Origin: Cyanophyceae cyanobacterium
GTDB lineage: Bacteria; Cyanobacteriota; Cyanobacteriia; Cyanobacteriales; JBHJGN01
Reading direction: 5' to 3'
Length of the DNA stretch: 64,000 bases
Assembly: GCA_050331735.1 (NCBI GenBank)
Contig: JBHJGN010000029.1
Span: 96,001 to 160,000, forward strand
In this document: piece after piece, positions 1 through 10,718 of the stretch
Layout: each line of letters starts with the position of its first letter
How positions within the stretch are numbered: the stretch's first letter is position 1
Program-made: the position numbers and the translations under genes
Notes under the pieces: model-generated
Told to the model about the DNA's origin: nothing
The model's database searches: none
The model's input: the letters and a program-made list of their open reading frames with translations, nothing else

Positions 1-2
1 CC

Positions 3-1574
3 AATCCCGAACCTAATTTAGCCGGAGAAACGGCTCCTTTTCCCGATTATGGTGTCGATCTCAACCGCAACTTTGATTCCCAGTGGGGAGAAGTTCCCGG
101 AGGATCTAGCGGGGAACCAGGAGATGCCACCTATCGGGGAACCTCCGCCTTTTCTGAGCCGGAAACTCAAGCCGTCCGCGACTATGTACTCTCGCTATTC
201 CCCGACCAAAAAGGGTCTGATGAGCTAGCAGATGCCGTTCCCGACGATGCGACTGGGATTTTTATTGATGTTCATAGTTTTGGGCAACTCATTCTGTATC
301 CCTTTGGCTGGACCTCTGAACCAGCCCCGGATCGAAAAGCGCTCGAAACCCTGGGGCGCAAGTTTGGCTACTTCACCGGGGTAGATGGTGAAGCCTACGA
401 CGTCTCTCAGGCCATTGGCCTCTACCCCACCGACGGCACGACCGACGACTGGGCCTATGAAACCCTCGGAGTCGCCGGGTACACGTTTGAGCTAGGAACG
501 CAATTTTTCGAGGAGAGCGACTACTTCGAGGAGGTGATTGTCCCCGAAGCCACTCCTGCCCTGTTCTATGCTGCCAAAGCTGCCTACCGCCCTTATCAGC
601 AGCCGTTTGGTCCAGATACCGTTGAACTCAGCGTTGATTTAGAGCAGGTGGTTGCGGGAACGACAGTGGAGCTGAGCGCTACCGCTGACGATACGCGCTA
701 CGACGACGGGGCCACTGACGAGCTGGATTCTCCGCCCGAGCCAATTCAAGACATTGCTGCGGCTCGCTACAGTATTGACGTGCTGCCTTGGGAAGCAGAG
801 GAACTCACCGCTCTCACCGCTGCCGATGGTGCTTTTGATAGTGCGGTAGAAGGGCTCACTGGTACTCTCGATACCAGCGCTCTAGCTCCCGGTCGCTATA
901 CCGTGTTTGTGCAGAGTGAAGATGCCAACGCTAACTTCGGAGTTGCCAGTGCCGTCTTTGTCGAGGTGGTCGAGTCTCCTCCCGATGCCGAGACGACGAC
1001 GGGGAGCGATGACGCAGAAACGCTCACCGGACTAGATGGCAGCGAGGTAATCTACGCTCGCGGCGGCGACGATACGGTAGCGGGCGGCCAGGGCGATGAC
1101 CTGCTGTTCGGCAACGCCGGGGATGACGTCCTCCGAGGCGATCGCAATGACCGCTCTCCTGGCGGACCCGACGGCGGCGACGATACGCTCTACGGCGGCG
1201 CGGGCGATGACCGCTTGGGCGGCAAGGGCGGCGACGACGAGCTGATTGGCGGAGCTGGCAACGACGATCTCTGGGGCGATGCGGGCGATGACCTGTTGCG
1301 GGGCGGTTTAGGTGACGACACCCTCACAGGCGACGATTTTTCCGGCGGGGAGGGCAGCGACGTGTTTGTTCTGGCGGCGGGAGAAGGCACAGACACCATC
1401 GCCGATTTCGAGGTCGGCATTGACCTCATCGGCTTAGCAGAATTGAGCTTTGCCGATCTCACCCTTGGCGAGAGCGACGGCAGTACGTCTATTAACCTCG
1501 GAGATGAGCTGTTGGCGGTTTTGGATGCCGTCAGCGACCCGCTCACGGAGGCCGATTTTACGCCGATAGTTTAA
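3..1574 (+). CDS. M14 zinc carboxypeptidase with C-terminal RTX/hemolysin-type Ca-binding repeats (5' partial)
   Basis: The frame of ORF 534..1574 is open back to base 3 and reads GVDLNRNF, YRGTSAFSEPETQA and IDVHSFGQLILYPFGW (M14 motifs). The C-terminus has GGxGxDxLxG nonapeptide repeats. Confidence 0.88.
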   Translation, partial: NPEPNLAGETAPFPDYGVDLNRNFDSQWGEVPGGSSGEPGDATYRGTSAFSEPETQAVRDYVLSLFPDQKGSDELADAVPDDATGIFIDVHSFGQLILYPFGWTSEPAPDRKALETLGRKFGYFTGVDGEAYDVSQAIGLYPTDGTTDDWAYETLGVAGYTFELGTQFFEESDYFEEVIVPEATPALFYAAKAAYRPYQQPFGPDTVELSVDLEQVVAGTTVELSATADDTRYDDGATDELDSPPEPIQDIAAARYSIDVLPWEAEELTALTAADGAFDSAVEGLTGTLDTSALAPGRYTVFVQSEDANANFGVASAVFVEVVESPPDAETTTGSDDAETLTGLDGSEVIYARGGDDTVAGGQGDDLLFGNAGDDVLRGDRNDRSPGGPDGGDDTLYGGAGDDRLGGKGGDDELIGGAGNDDLWGDAGDDLLRGGLGDDTLTGDDFSGGEGSDVFVLAAGEGTDTIADFEVGIDLIGLAELSFADLTLGESDGSTSINLGDELLAVLDAVSDPLTEADFTPIV

Positions 1575-1642
1575 TCAGGGATCGGTGACCAGTAACCAGC
1601 AAAAATTTTACTCTAGTTGATAGATGCTGTTTAACTGGTCAC

Positions 1643-3220
1643 TTAAACCGCTGTGGGAGAAGCTTGATGCTCTAAGGAAGACTCAGCAGCATTGGTAGCT
1701 AGATAAGCAGCGAGTTGAGCATTGATCTGGTCGCAGACAATCTGACGATACTCGAGGAAGTGTTCCGATAAACCGCAAACGATTAAGTAGTGTTTGCAGA
1801 TGCGGGGGTTGTGCTGACTCAGTTTGTAGAGATGCCCCCAAAATTTCCAGCGGGTTTTACGCATCACTCCCTGTCGCCAGAATAAAATGGTGATCGCTCG
1901 CACGGTAATCCAGTCCAAAGGACGCTGGGGCAGGGGGTTTCTCGGAGCATCCATCATCAGAAAGTGACGGTAAGCGCGATCTAAAAAGCGGGCGGGATCG
2001 TAGAGTTGCCAAAATGCCTCGGTGTATTCCCGCGCAATTTCCGCGAGGGGTCGCGTCGGCACAAAATTCATTAGGGTGGTTTGGTTGATGTTGCCTTCTT
2101 GATTGAGGAGTCGTCCTTCTTTTTCGAGACGATGCCAGAGCGCCGTATGGGGCAGGGCTTGCAGCATACTGAACATCGGTAGCGGGATAGCGGTTTGCTC
2201 GACGAAGCGGACAATGCGATCGCCTGCACCGGGTTTTTCGCCGTCAAAGCCAATAATAAATCCAGCCATCACGCGCAAACCAACTTTAGTAATCGCTTCC
2301 ACTGAGCCACTGAGAGAGTCGCGGGTATTTTGGAACTTCTTGGTAAACGACAAGCTCTCTTCATCTGGGGTTTCGATGCCTAAAAAGACTGCTGTAAAGT
2401 TGCACTCCACCATCAGCTCCATCAGTTCTGGATCTTTGGCTAAATCGATCGATGCTTCGGTGGTAAAGCTGAAGGGATAACTCTTGTCGTTCATCCAGCC
2501 TTTTAACTCCTTCAGCAGCAGCTTGACGTTGCGCTTGTTGCCAATAAAGTTGTCGTCCACCATAAACACGCTGCCCCGCCACCCTAAATCGTACAGACGC
2601 TCTAGTTCCTGGAGCAGTTGTTGAGGGGTTTTGGTGCGGGATTTGCGTCCGTAAAGCACAATAATGTCGCAGAATTCACACTGGAAAGGACAGCCCCGCG
2701 AAAACTGAACGGACATATTATCGTAGGCGTTCAGCTCTAACAAATCGTAGCGGGGAACGGGAGTTGTCGTCACATCTGGCTTCTCGGTGGAGCGAAAGGT
2801 TCCGGAGGCTTCGCCACGTTTTACTGCCTCTACAAACATTGGCAGAGTCATTTCCCCTTCATCGAGCACTAAATAATCGGCTCCAGCGGCGGCTACTTCC
2901 TCCGGTAAAGCAGTAGCATAGGGACCGCCCACCGCGACTCGTTTCGAGCGACGTTTCGCTTCCTGAACTTGAGCGAGCAAATCCGCTTTTTGGACAATCA
3001 TCCCCGAAAGAATCACCATCTCTGCCCACTGCCACTCTTGTTCTGTAACCTCGCGGATATTGCGATCGACCAGCTTCAGTTCCCATGTCTGAGGCAAAAT
3101 AGCGGCTACCGTTACCAAACCTAAAGGAGGCAGCAGCGCTTTACGACCGACTAAAGCCAAGGATTTTTCAAAGGACCAAAAGCTTTTTGGAAACAAAGGA
3201 TATAAAAGTAAAGTTCGCAT
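1643..3220 (-). CDS. B12-binding radical SAM protein (DUF4070 C-terminus)
   Basis: PPLGLVTVAA and VAVGGPYAT cobalamin-binding region; SRGCPFQCEFC CxxxCxxC motif. Start set at the ATG of MRTLLLYP. Confidence 0.88.
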   Translation of the reverse strand: MRTLLLYPLFPKSFWSFEKSLALVGRKALLPPLGLVTVAAILPQTWELKLVDRNIREVTEQEWQWAEMVILSGMIVQKADLLAQVQEAKRRSKRVAVGGPYATALPEEVAAAGADYLVLDEGEMTLPMFVEAVKRGEASGTFRSTEKPDVTTTPVPRYDLLELNAYDNMSVQFSRGCPFQCEFCDIIVLYGRKSRTKTPQQLLQELERLYDLGWRGSVFMVDDNFIGNKRNVKLLLKELKGWMNDKSYPFSFTTEASIDLAKDPELMELMVECNFTAVFLGIETPDEESLSFTKKFQNTRDSLSGSVEAITKVGLRVMAGFIIGFDGEKPGAGDRIVRFVEQTAIPLPMFSMLQALPHTALWHRLEKEGRLLNQEGNINQTTLMNFVPTRPLAEIAREYTEAFWQLYDPARFLDRAYRHFLMMDAPRNPLPQRPLDWITVRAITILFWRQGVMRKTRWKFWGHLYKLSQHNPRICKHYLIVCGLSEHFLEYRQIVCDQINAQLAAYLATNAAESSLEHQASPTAV

Positions 3221-3420
3221 AAATAGCCATGCCTCACACACTCAAGCACTCGAATTCTCTCAAGCTTACAGCAATATCGAAGGTCATAATCTGAAGCACA
3301 ACAAACGACCGCCGATTTGGGTTCGCGATGGCTCCCTCTAAATCGGTCACAATAGGAGGTAAGGTAACGCAGCTCATTTTATTTCAAATTGTCAACTCCT
3401 TTGCTTGAGCGATTAGCGAT

Positions 3421-4164
3421 TCAATAGCTGAGCGACGGCAACGCCTGCCAGCAGCTTAGCTGCCAGTTGTGGCCTTCTACAGCAATAGCACCGAGGTAAT
3501 TAGCAGCAGGGGATAACCGCTGTATAGACCAGCGAGCCGCCGCTTGAGAGTCACCGTTAATCCGCAGCAGACATGCAGGCTGCTGGGGAGACAGCGAAAC
3601 TTCTACCTGCTCTAAACCCGCTAATCCTTCGCCTGTCGCTTTTAGGTAAGCTTCTTTACTTGTCCAGCCGCGATAGAAAGCCTGATGCTTTTCCTGGAGA
3701 GGAAGACGGCTGATGAATGCCGACTCTTCAGCACTAAAAAAGCGCTGAACAATTTTTTCCGCATCCGCTACAGGACGTAGATATTCAAGATCCACCCCAA
3801 TGCGTCGCTCTAGAGAAAATCCATAGAGGGCCAGTCCTTGAGAGTGGGAGAGATTGAACTGAATCCGCGCTCTCCCCCAGCCTGAAGCGAGCATCGGCTT
3901 ACCGCGAGGACCGTACTCAAACTCTAGCTGAGCCGGATCGGTCTTTAAGTACTGACCTAAAATGCTTCGGAGTAAACCGCGACCAACGATAAAGCGCTGG
4001 CTATGCTGACTGAAGTAGAATTGCTCTGCCCGTTGTTTTTCATCGGCAGACAGAATCGCCATGAAGGACTGAAGCTGTTCTATCCCAACATCAAGGTTAG
4101 CTCGCCACGCATGAACGGAGTCATTTGTCAATGATAAACGAGTCGGGGGAGACAACCACTGCAT
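3421..4164 (-). CDS. hetI: Sfp/HetI-type 4'-phosphopantetheinyl transferase
   Basis: FNLSHS, IGVDLE and WTSKEAYLKATGEGL motifs. The upstream extension in the ORF track runs through a repeat element, so start set at MQWLSP. Confidence 0.85.
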   Translation of the reverse strand: MQWLSPPTRLSLTNDSVHAWRANLDVGIEQLQSFMAILSADEKQRAEQFYFSQHSQRFIVGRGLLRSILGQYLKTDPAQLEFEYGPRGKPMLASGWGRARIQFNLSHSQGLALYGFSLERRIGVDLEYLRPVADAEKIVQRFFSAEESAFISRLPLQEKHQAFYRGWTSKEAYLKATGEGLAGLEQVEVSLSPQQPACLLRINGDSQAAARWSIQRLSPAANYLGAIAVEGHNWQLSCWQALPSLSY

Positions 4165-4171
4165 AGCGGGG

Positions 4172-4347
4172 GAGTGCCTTCGGCACGGGAAAAGGGGGAA
4201 GGGCAAGGGGAAAAGGGGGAAAATAGCTTGCGCTGCAGGAAAAGGGCAACGGTGGGCATAAACTAGTTTATTCCTTAATCCTGTGTCCTTTCCCCGTCCC
4301 AGAGGGACAGTTTTCCCTTTACCCTTTCCCCGTCCCAGAGGGACAAT
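4172..4347. repeat. Composite dispersed repeat (GGGGAAA heptamers, 5-bp-stem mini-hairpins, conserved core), copy 1
   Basis: GTGCC-TTC-GGCAC and two GTCCC-AGA-GGGAC hairpins; the minus-strand core GGGGAAAGGACACAGGATTAAGGAATAAACT matches the other copies. Confidence 0.8.
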
Positions 4348-5643
4348 CTATATGTCGAGGCGCTGGTAAACTGTATCTAAATTTTTGAGATGGTGTTGAG
4401 GATCGAAGCAGGATGCGATTTCTTGCGGAGAGAGGTGCTGGTTAACCTGAGCATCTTGACTAATTAGAGCGTGGAAATTGCCGTCTGGAGTGTTCCAGGC
4501 CTGATGAGCGCAGGCTTGAACCACTTTATAAGCCTCTTCTCGACTCATGCCCTTCTCAACGAGAGTAAGCAGCACCCGCTGGCTGAAAATTACTCCGCCG
4601 TATACGTTCATATTCTGCTGCATGTTTTCTGGGTAAACCAGCAGATTTTTGACCAGATTGGCGCTCTCGCGGAGCATAAAGTGAGTCAGAATGCAGGTAT
4701 CGGGGAGAATGACTCGCTCTACCGAACTGTGGGAGATATCCCGTTCGTGCCAGAGAGCAACGTTTTCTAGAGCGGCAACGGCATGTCCGCGCACGATTCT
4801 AGCCATGCCCGTCAGCCGTTCGGAACGAATCGGGTTGCGCTTATGGGGCATCGCCGAGGAGCCTTTTTGACCTTTGGCAAAGTATTCCTCAACTTCTAAC
4901 ACATCGGTGCGCTGGAGGTTGCGAATTTCTACGGCAAAGCGTTCAATCGAAGCAGCCAGGAGCGCGAGTTGACCGACAAATTCGGCGTGGCGATCGCGGG
5001 AGATGATCTGCGTTGAAGCCGTGTCTGGCTGAAGACCGAGTTTTTGACAGGCGATCGCCTCTACCTGTGAGTCAACATTGGCGTAAGTGCCAACGGCCCC
5101 AGAAATTTTCCCAACGGCAATCTCTGTTTTAAGACGCAGCAGGCGATCGCGGTGGCGTAACGTCTCTGCCAGCCACCCGGCCAGCTTAAAGCCAAAGGTA
5201 ATCGGTTCGGCGTGAATGCCGTGAGAACGCCCCACCATTACCGTGTGGCGGTGCTGCTGTGCCTGAGCGCGAATGGCCTGAACTAATTGTTCTAGATAGT
5301 CCAGAATCAACTCTAAACTAGCAACCAGTTGCAGGGCTAAGGCCGTATCGAGTACATCTGAACTGGTTAACCCCAGGTGAATGTATCTGCCAGCCTCCCC
5401 GACATACTCATTAACGTTTGTCAAGAAAGCAATCACGTCGTGACGCACTTCTGCCTCAATTTCCAAGACTCTTTGCGGATTGAACTGGGCTTTCGCTTTA
5501 ATTTCTGCCACAGCCTCAGCCGGAATGTAGCCGAGTTCTGCCTGGGCCTCACAGACGGCAATTTCTACCTGTAGCCACGTCTCTAACTTATAGGCATCTG
5601 TCCAAAGTGCGCCCATCTCGGGCAGAGTATAGCGTTCTATCAA
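4348..5643 (-). CDS. purB: Adenylosuccinate lyase
   Basis: MIERYT start, RHDVIAF, GRSHGIHAEP and the GSSAMPHKRNP signature. Confidence 0.97.
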   Translation of the reverse strand: MIERYTLPEMGALWTDAYKLETWLQVEIAVCEAQAELGYIPAEAVAEIKAKAQFNPQRVLEIEAEVRHDVIAFLTNVNEYVGEAGRYIHLGLTSSDVLDTALALQLVASLELILDYLEQLVQAIRAQAQQHRHTVMVGRSHGIHAEPITFGFKLAGWLAETLRHRDRLLRLKTEIAVGKISGAVGTYANVDSQVEAIACQKLGLQPDTASTQIISRDRHAEFVGQLALLAASIERFAVEIRNLQRTDVLEVEEYFAKGQKGSSAMPHKRNPIRSERLTGMARIVRGHAVAALENVALWHERDISHSSVERVILPDTCILTHFMLRESANLVKNLLVYPENMQQNMNVYGGVIFSQRVLLTLVEKGMSREEAYKVVQACAHQAWNTPDGNFHALISQDAQVNQHLSPQEIASCFDPQHHLKNLDTVYQRLDI

Positions 5644-5840
5644 AGTCTGTGTCGCTCAATACAACCGTCATATTGTACAACTCATTTCTCTAGTATCCCA
5701 CGTGAGAAAACAGAAGTTTGAAGGGGAAATGACTTGAAGACGGAGCCAAGGATTCAAAGGCTCCCTTTCCCCCTTACCCTTTCTCCAGTCTACCTGGTAG
5801 ACGCCATTACGACTCTCTGGAAACGGCTTACCTGGAGGCT

Positions 5841-6065
5841 TTACTCCCCGAAATGATCCACTTGGGATGGCGGATCGGATAGCCCAAAGTAGTTGAGCGC
5901 GACTACCAGACCCACAGAGACAACTCCTCCGATACATAAACCGACGGCAATCAGCGTGAACATCATGCGCTTCAAGTTCTTCCGAGCCTGCTTGTTCTCG
6001 TGAGGTTGTCCTGGGGGGGAGGAATCGTTGGGATCGAAATGGGGAGGAGGTTGATTGTTAACCAT
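5841..6065 (-). CDS. Small hypothetical single-TM membrane protein
   Basis: ATG start, Pro-rich N-terminus, one hydrophobic helix; same orientation as its neighbours. Confidence 0.6.
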   Translation of the reverse strand: MVNNQPPPHFDPNDSSPPGQPHENKQARKNLKRMMFTLIAVGLCIGGVVSVGLVVALNYFGLSDPPSQVDHFGE

Positions 6066-6147
6066 GATGATCTCTGGTGAAAAGCGGATTGTTGATTGAT
6101 GATTGAAGACTCTGCGTTAAGGAGAGCAAAGCGAATCCCCGCCGCTA

Positions 6148-7008
6148 TCAACTGATACTTCGTGCTGCTGCTAGCAAATGTTGATGCACTGTTTGAGAGG
6201 AAGCAACGAGTAAACCGGGAAGGCTATAGTCTTGACAGGTATGGAGCGGCGGCGGCGGAGAACCGTCGAGAGTGGTGACGATGCAGCCTGCTTCTCTGGC
6301 GATAAAGGCAAGAGCTGCCCCATCGATAAATTTTCCGGCTCTAATGGCAGTTCCGGCTATTTTACTGCTCAGAATTCCGTTCATGTTGGGAATCTGCCCG
6401 TCAGCAGAATAGTCAGTGGCAACATCAATCACCTGATAATGCTTTTTTAGTTTTGGAGCCAGCGAACCCATTCCCCATCCTAGCAGGATGGTTGATGGCG
6501 GCTGCTCTATCTGTAGACGAGTACAGGCTGCTAAGTCAGCGTCCATTGCGCCTTTAAAAGCCCCTTGTCCGCGCAGCGCGTAAGAGTACTCATTCAAACC
6601 TGGCGAGAGCGCGATCGCCGCTTCAAAGTCATCTCGATTTAAGACAGCAAGGATAATCTGGTAGTTGGAGTGTCCGTCGAGGTAAAACCGAGTCCCGTCA
6701 ATAGGGTCGAGGGTGACTAAATAATCTCCTTCTGCCCCGAGGTCGATCGACCGGAAATATTTAGTGTTGCGGGACTGCTCGTATTCTTCGCCGTAAAAGC
6801 GAACCTTGGGAAACGTTCCCAACAGAACAACTTCCACCAGGTTTTGAATGGCCAGATCGGCATCCGTTAAAGCCGTTGCAAAGAAGTTGTCCTCTGCTTT
6901 AGCCGGGAGCGCAGAAATTTTTGACTGTAGTTGCTGGGCATAGGCAGCAGCGACTTTGAGATAGGGCAGCAGAGTTTCTAAGATTTGGCGGGGAGTCGGA
7001 ATTGACAT
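6148..7008 (-). CDS. Inositol monophosphatase family protein
   Basis: LTDADLAIQ, YGEE and TLDPIDGT metal-binding motifs. Confidence 0.88.
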   Translation of the reverse strand: MSIPTPRQILETLLPYLKVAAAYAQQLQSKISALPAKAEDNFFATALTDADLAIQNLVEVVLLGTFPKVRFYGEEYEQSRNTKYFRSIDLGAEGDYLVTLDPIDGTRFYLDGHSNYQIILAVLNRDDFEAAIALSPGLNEYSYALRGQGAFKGAMDADLAACTRLQIEQPPSTILLGWGMGSLAPKLKKHYQVIDVATDYSADGQIPNMNGILSSKIAGTAIRAGKFIDGAALAFIAREAGCIVTTLDGSPPPPLHTCQDYSLPGLLVASSQTVHQHLLAAARSIS

Positions 7009-7135
7009 AGAAAGCGATCGCGCTAGTGAGCAAAGACTTCAACGATTGTGGAATTCAAGTCCCTATTATTCTACAAACCTGCCCTTTCTCAGCACACACT
7101 GGGCGATAATCTTTTCGGTTTTCCCTCTTCTCCGT

Positions 7136-8806
7136 CTAGGCATGACGAGAGCGAGCGATTCTTAAGCTGAGGAAAATGACGGGGACAATGCCCGCTAGGA
7201 TGATTGCCAAAGCTGGCGCTGAGGCTTCAACGAGTCTTTCATCAGAAGCGTACTGATAAACGCGCACCGCCAGAGTATCAAAGTTAAAAGGGCGAATGAC
7301 AAGCGTTGCTGGTAGCTCTTTCATCACGTCTACAAACACCAGCATGGCTCCTGTCAAAATTCCTCCTCTCATCATCGGTGTATGAATCTTGAGTAGGGTG
7401 GCGCTCGGAGTATGACCGAGGCTGCGGGAAGCATCATCTAAACTCGGCTTAATTTTGCTGAGGCTGGTTTCAACGGCTCCGAACGCAACGGCGAGGAAGC
7501 GAACGAGGTAGGCAAATACCAAAGCTGTAATCGTCCCGCTGAGCAGTAAACCGGTAGAAATCCCAAAGGTAGCTTTCATCCAGCTATCAAGCGCATTGTC
7601 AAAACGACCAACGGGAATCAGTACGCCGACGGCAATCACAGAACCCGGAATGGCGTAGCCCATCGAGGCAATGCGAACCGCACTGAGCATCCCTAGGTTG
7701 GGACGCAACCGCTCTCCATAGGCCAACACTAGAGAAATAACGATGGCCATAATCGCCGTAGTCGTTGCCAAGATCAAGCTATGGCTGGCAAGATTCCAGA
7801 AACTACTGTCGAGGGTTTCCGCAGCATGCTCAATCGTCATCTGAAGCAAAAACAGAGTCGGGATGGCAAAGCCGAGAGCAACGGGCAATAAACAGGCGCT
7901 CCATGCACCAGCCGCTCGCAGGGCTTTGAGTTCGTATTTCGGCAAGAGCTGGTCGTGTCTTTGATGATAGCGAGCTTGGCAACGAGACCAGCGCTCTACC
8001 ACAATGAGACCGAGGATAAACAGCATCAGCACCGCCGCTAGCTGAGCCGCCGCGACTCGCTCTCCTAACCCAAGCCAGGTTCGATAGATGCCCGTTGTAA
8101 AGGTAGTGACTCCAAAATACTGAACAGTCCCAAAATCGTTGAGGGTTTCCATCAGCGCCAGCGCCAACCCCGCCATAATTGTTGGTCGCGCCATCGGCAG
8201 CGCCACCGTAAAGAAGCTGCGCCAGGGACCACAGCCTAAAGAGCGACTCACTTCTAAAGTACAAACCGACTGTTCTAGAAAGGCAACCCGCGCGAGCAGA
8301 TACACGTAGGGATACAGCACCAGAATCAACATTAAAATAGCGCCCCCTAGAGAACGCACATCTGGAAACCAGTAATCTCTGACGCTACTCCAGCCAAATA
8401 GCTCCCGCAGCCTCATCTGTACAGGACCGTAGTAGTCGAGGAGATCGGTATAGGTGTAGGCGAGGAGGTATGCCGGTGATGCCAGAGGCAGCAATAGCAA
8501 CCACTCAAACAGACGACCGCCGGGGAAACGGCACAGCGTTACGAGCCACGCTGTGCCGACCCCAATAACCAATACGCCACCGCCAACTCCTAGCATGAGC
8601 CATAAAGAATTCACAATATAGTTAGGCAGCACCGTGGTAGCTAAGTGTCTCCAAATCTTGCCAGAGTCAGCAAAAATACTGCTGAGCACAAACAAAATCG
8701 GCGTAGAGACTAAAGTAGCGATCGCCACAGCCACTATTGTCCACAGATCGATGCGGGGACCGTAGAGCGCTCTCTTTTGGGTTAGTTTGATAAAAGCAGA
8801 AAACAC
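7136..8806 (-). CDS. futB: Fe(III) ABC transporter permease (FutB/FbpB)
   Basis: Duplicated ABC permease domains with EAA-like loops (LEVSRSLG, LDDASRSLG) and MKELPATLVIRPFNFDTLA. Exact start uncertain. Confidence 0.9.
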   Translation of the reverse strand: MFSAFIKLTQKRALYGPRIDLWTIVAVAIATLVSTPILFVLSSIFADSGKIWRHLATTVLPNYIVNSLWLMLGVGGGVLVIGVGTAWLVTLCRFPGGRLFEWLLLLPLASPAYLLAYTYTDLLDYYGPVQMRLRELFGWSSVRDYWFPDVRSLGGAILMLILVLYPYVYLLARVAFLEQSVCTLEVSRSLGCGPWRSFFTVALPMARPTIMAGLALALMETLNDFGTVQYFGVTTFTTGIYRTWLGLGERVAAAQLAAVLMLFILGLIVVERWSRCQARYHQRHDQLLPKYELKALRAAGAWSACLLPVALGFAIPTLFLLQMTIEHAAETLDSSFWNLASHSLILATTTAIMAIVISLVLAYGERLRPNLGMLSAVRIASMGYAIPGSVIAVGVLIPVGRFDNALDSWMKATFGISTGLLLSGTITALVFAYLVRFLAVAFGAVETSLSKIKPSLDDASRSLGHTPSATLLKIHTPMMRGGILTGAMLVFVDVMKELPATLVIRPFNFDTLAVRVYQYASDERLVEASAPALAIILAGIVPVIFLSLRIARSRHA

Positions 8807-8953
8807 TGATAAATATTCGCAATAACTTTTCTACTTTACTGGATTTTGGCCGGCGATTACTTTCAACCGCATCTTCACACCAATGCTGTTGCAAAACGTA
8901 GTCATAACGAGTATGATTTAGAAAGAAACAATTTGCATTTTCAATAACTAACT

Positions 8954-9217
8954 ATGGTTGCTATTCGAGAAATTCCCGTTGCCCAGATTCGCCGTCCCCT
9001 GCCTCGACAAACCGACTCTCGCAAAGTAGAAGTGCTTATGGAGTCGATTGCGCAAGAAGGATTACGCGAACCCATCGACGTCTTAGAAGTAGACGGACAA
9101 TATTACGGCTTTTCTGGATGCCATCGTTATGAAGCTCATCAGCGTCTCGGCAAAGAAACGATTAAATGTCGGGTTCGTCGTGCTCCTCGTGCAGTTCTTC
9201 AAAAGCATCTCGCCTAA
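8954..9217 (+). CDS. srxA: Sulfiredoxin (ParB/Srx domain)
   Basis: YYGFSGCHRYEA catalytic motif; 87 aa. Confidence 0.9.
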   Translation: MVAIREIPVAQIRRPLPRQTDSRKVEVLMESIAQEGLREPIDVLEVDGQYYGFSGCHRYEAHQRLGKETIKCRVRRAPRAVLQKHLA

Positions 9218-9331
9218 ACATCCGTTTCGGGATTTAGAAAATTAGGGATTTCCATCACCAAAAGTCATCGGGTTTCCTGTTGCTAACTGCGATAGAATAG
9301 CAACATTCCTTAAAGACGATTAATCAAAGTC

Positions 9332-9403
9332 GCGGGTATAGTTCAGTGGTAGAACGTCACCTTCCCAAGGTGAATGCCGTCGGTTCGAGTCCGATTACCC
9401 GCT
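9332..9403 (+). tRNA. tRNA-Gly (CCC)
   Basis: GCGGGTA/TACCCGC acceptor stem, TCACC-TTCCCAA-GGTGA anticodon arm, GGTTCGAGTCC T-arm; CCA not encoded. Confidence 0.95.
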
Positions 9404-9423
9404 TGCTTCTCTGACGCTGAGGT

Positions 9424-10707
9424 TTAGCGGTCACGACTTAAAGAGCGCAGAGGTAAACAGATTTCAAAGCTTGTTCCTCCTGCTCCACTCGTCACCGTAA
9501 TTTTGCCGCCGTGAGCCTGAACGATTTGTTGGGCGATCGCCAGCCCTAAACCGAAACCGCCTGCTCGAGAGCGGACTGTATCGACTCGGTAGAAGCGCTC
9601 AAAAATGTGGGGAAGATCTGAGGCAGGAATTCCAATCCCAGTATCCTCCACTGTCACCAAGATTCGCCGAGGTTTAACCGTCAGGGCCAAAGTGATCGCG
9701 CCCCCATCAGGCGTATACTTAATCGCATTATCGAGGAGGTTCCGAAGCGCCTGCTGGAGCAAATCGCGATCGCTGTAAATTTCTAGCGCTGCTGTTGACA
9801 CCTCTACCCTGAACTTCAACCCTTTTCGTCTGGCTAGAGTTTCGTATTCGGCCTTTAAAGAGGTTAACAACTCGACGAGATCAGTTTTAGTAAAGTCTTG
9901 ATCGTTTAATCTTCCTTCGTGCCGAGCTAAAAAGAGCAAGTTAGCAATCAGGGCACTCATCGATTTACTCTGAGTCACGATGTTTGCCAGCCGCTGACGG
10001 ATTTGCTGAGTGTCATCGGCGGGGGCAAGCAAACCGACCTGGGCATTACTGAGAATAGCAGCAACGGGGGCGCGGAGTTCGTGAGAAGCATCGGCTGTAA
10101 AACGCTGGAGCTGTTCGTAGGAGCGTCTAGCAGGCTGCATCGCCAAGCCACCGAGAACCCAGCCGACGCTCCCGGTTAAACCGAGAGTAATCGGGATACC
10201 GAAGGAAAGAAACAAACGCGATCGCGCGAGGGTTTCTTGCAGCGATTCCAGAGACACTGCCACCTGTAAATAACCAACGAAAGATTGCTCTGATGTCAGT
10301 GGCAGGGTTAACTGACGCAAATTTTGATAGTGAGGCTTACCCTGATTAAGGTTATCTCGGAGAGATTGCCATCCGGGTGTCACGGTAGTCTGTTGGTGAG
10401 AACAACGACCAATAAACTGGAGGAGGCGTTTTTGAGAGTCATACCAGCGCAGACAAATTATCTGTGACTGCATAATATTTTCGTCTTGCAAAGCAACATT
10501 CTCCGTGTCAATTTGCCACCCCTTCTCTTGTGGCCGATAGTTTGTCATGGAGGCGATCCTTCTTGCTTGAGCATAAATACGAGCGTCAAATTCTCGGATT
10601 TGTTCCTGTGCCTGACGGTGATAAACCGTACCAGCAAACAACACTAAAATGCTTCCCATCGACAGGGTAAACAAATAGGCTAAGCGACGGCGAGAGCGGT
10701 CAAACAT
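9424..10707 (-). CDS. Membrane sensor histidine kinase (RppB/NrsS/CopS-like)
   Basis: Two TM helices, FTADASHELRAP H-box, NLLDNAIKY, DTGIGI and GFGLGLAI ATPase boxes. Confidence 0.92.
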   Translation of the reverse strand: MFDRSRRRLAYLFTLSMGSILVLFAGTVYHRQAQEQIREFDARIYAQARRIASMTNYRPQEKGWQIDTENVALQDENIMQSQIICLRWYDSQKRLLQFIGRCSHQQTTVTPGWQSLRDNLNQGKPHYQNLRQLTLPLTSEQSFVGYLQVAVSLESLQETLARSRLFLSFGIPITLGLTGSVGWVLGGLAMQPARRSYEQLQRFTADASHELRAPVAAILSNAQVGLLAPADDTQQIRQRLANIVTQSKSMSALIANLLFLARHEGRLNDQDFTKTDLVELLTSLKAEYETLARRKGLKFRVEVSTAALEIYSDRDLLQQALRNLLDNAIKYTPDGGAITLALTVKPRRILVTVEDTGIGIPASDLPHIFERFYRVDTVRSRAGGFGLGLAIAQQIVQAHGGKITVTSGAGGTSFEICLPLRSLSRDR

Positions 10708-10718
10708 ATAGATTAATA

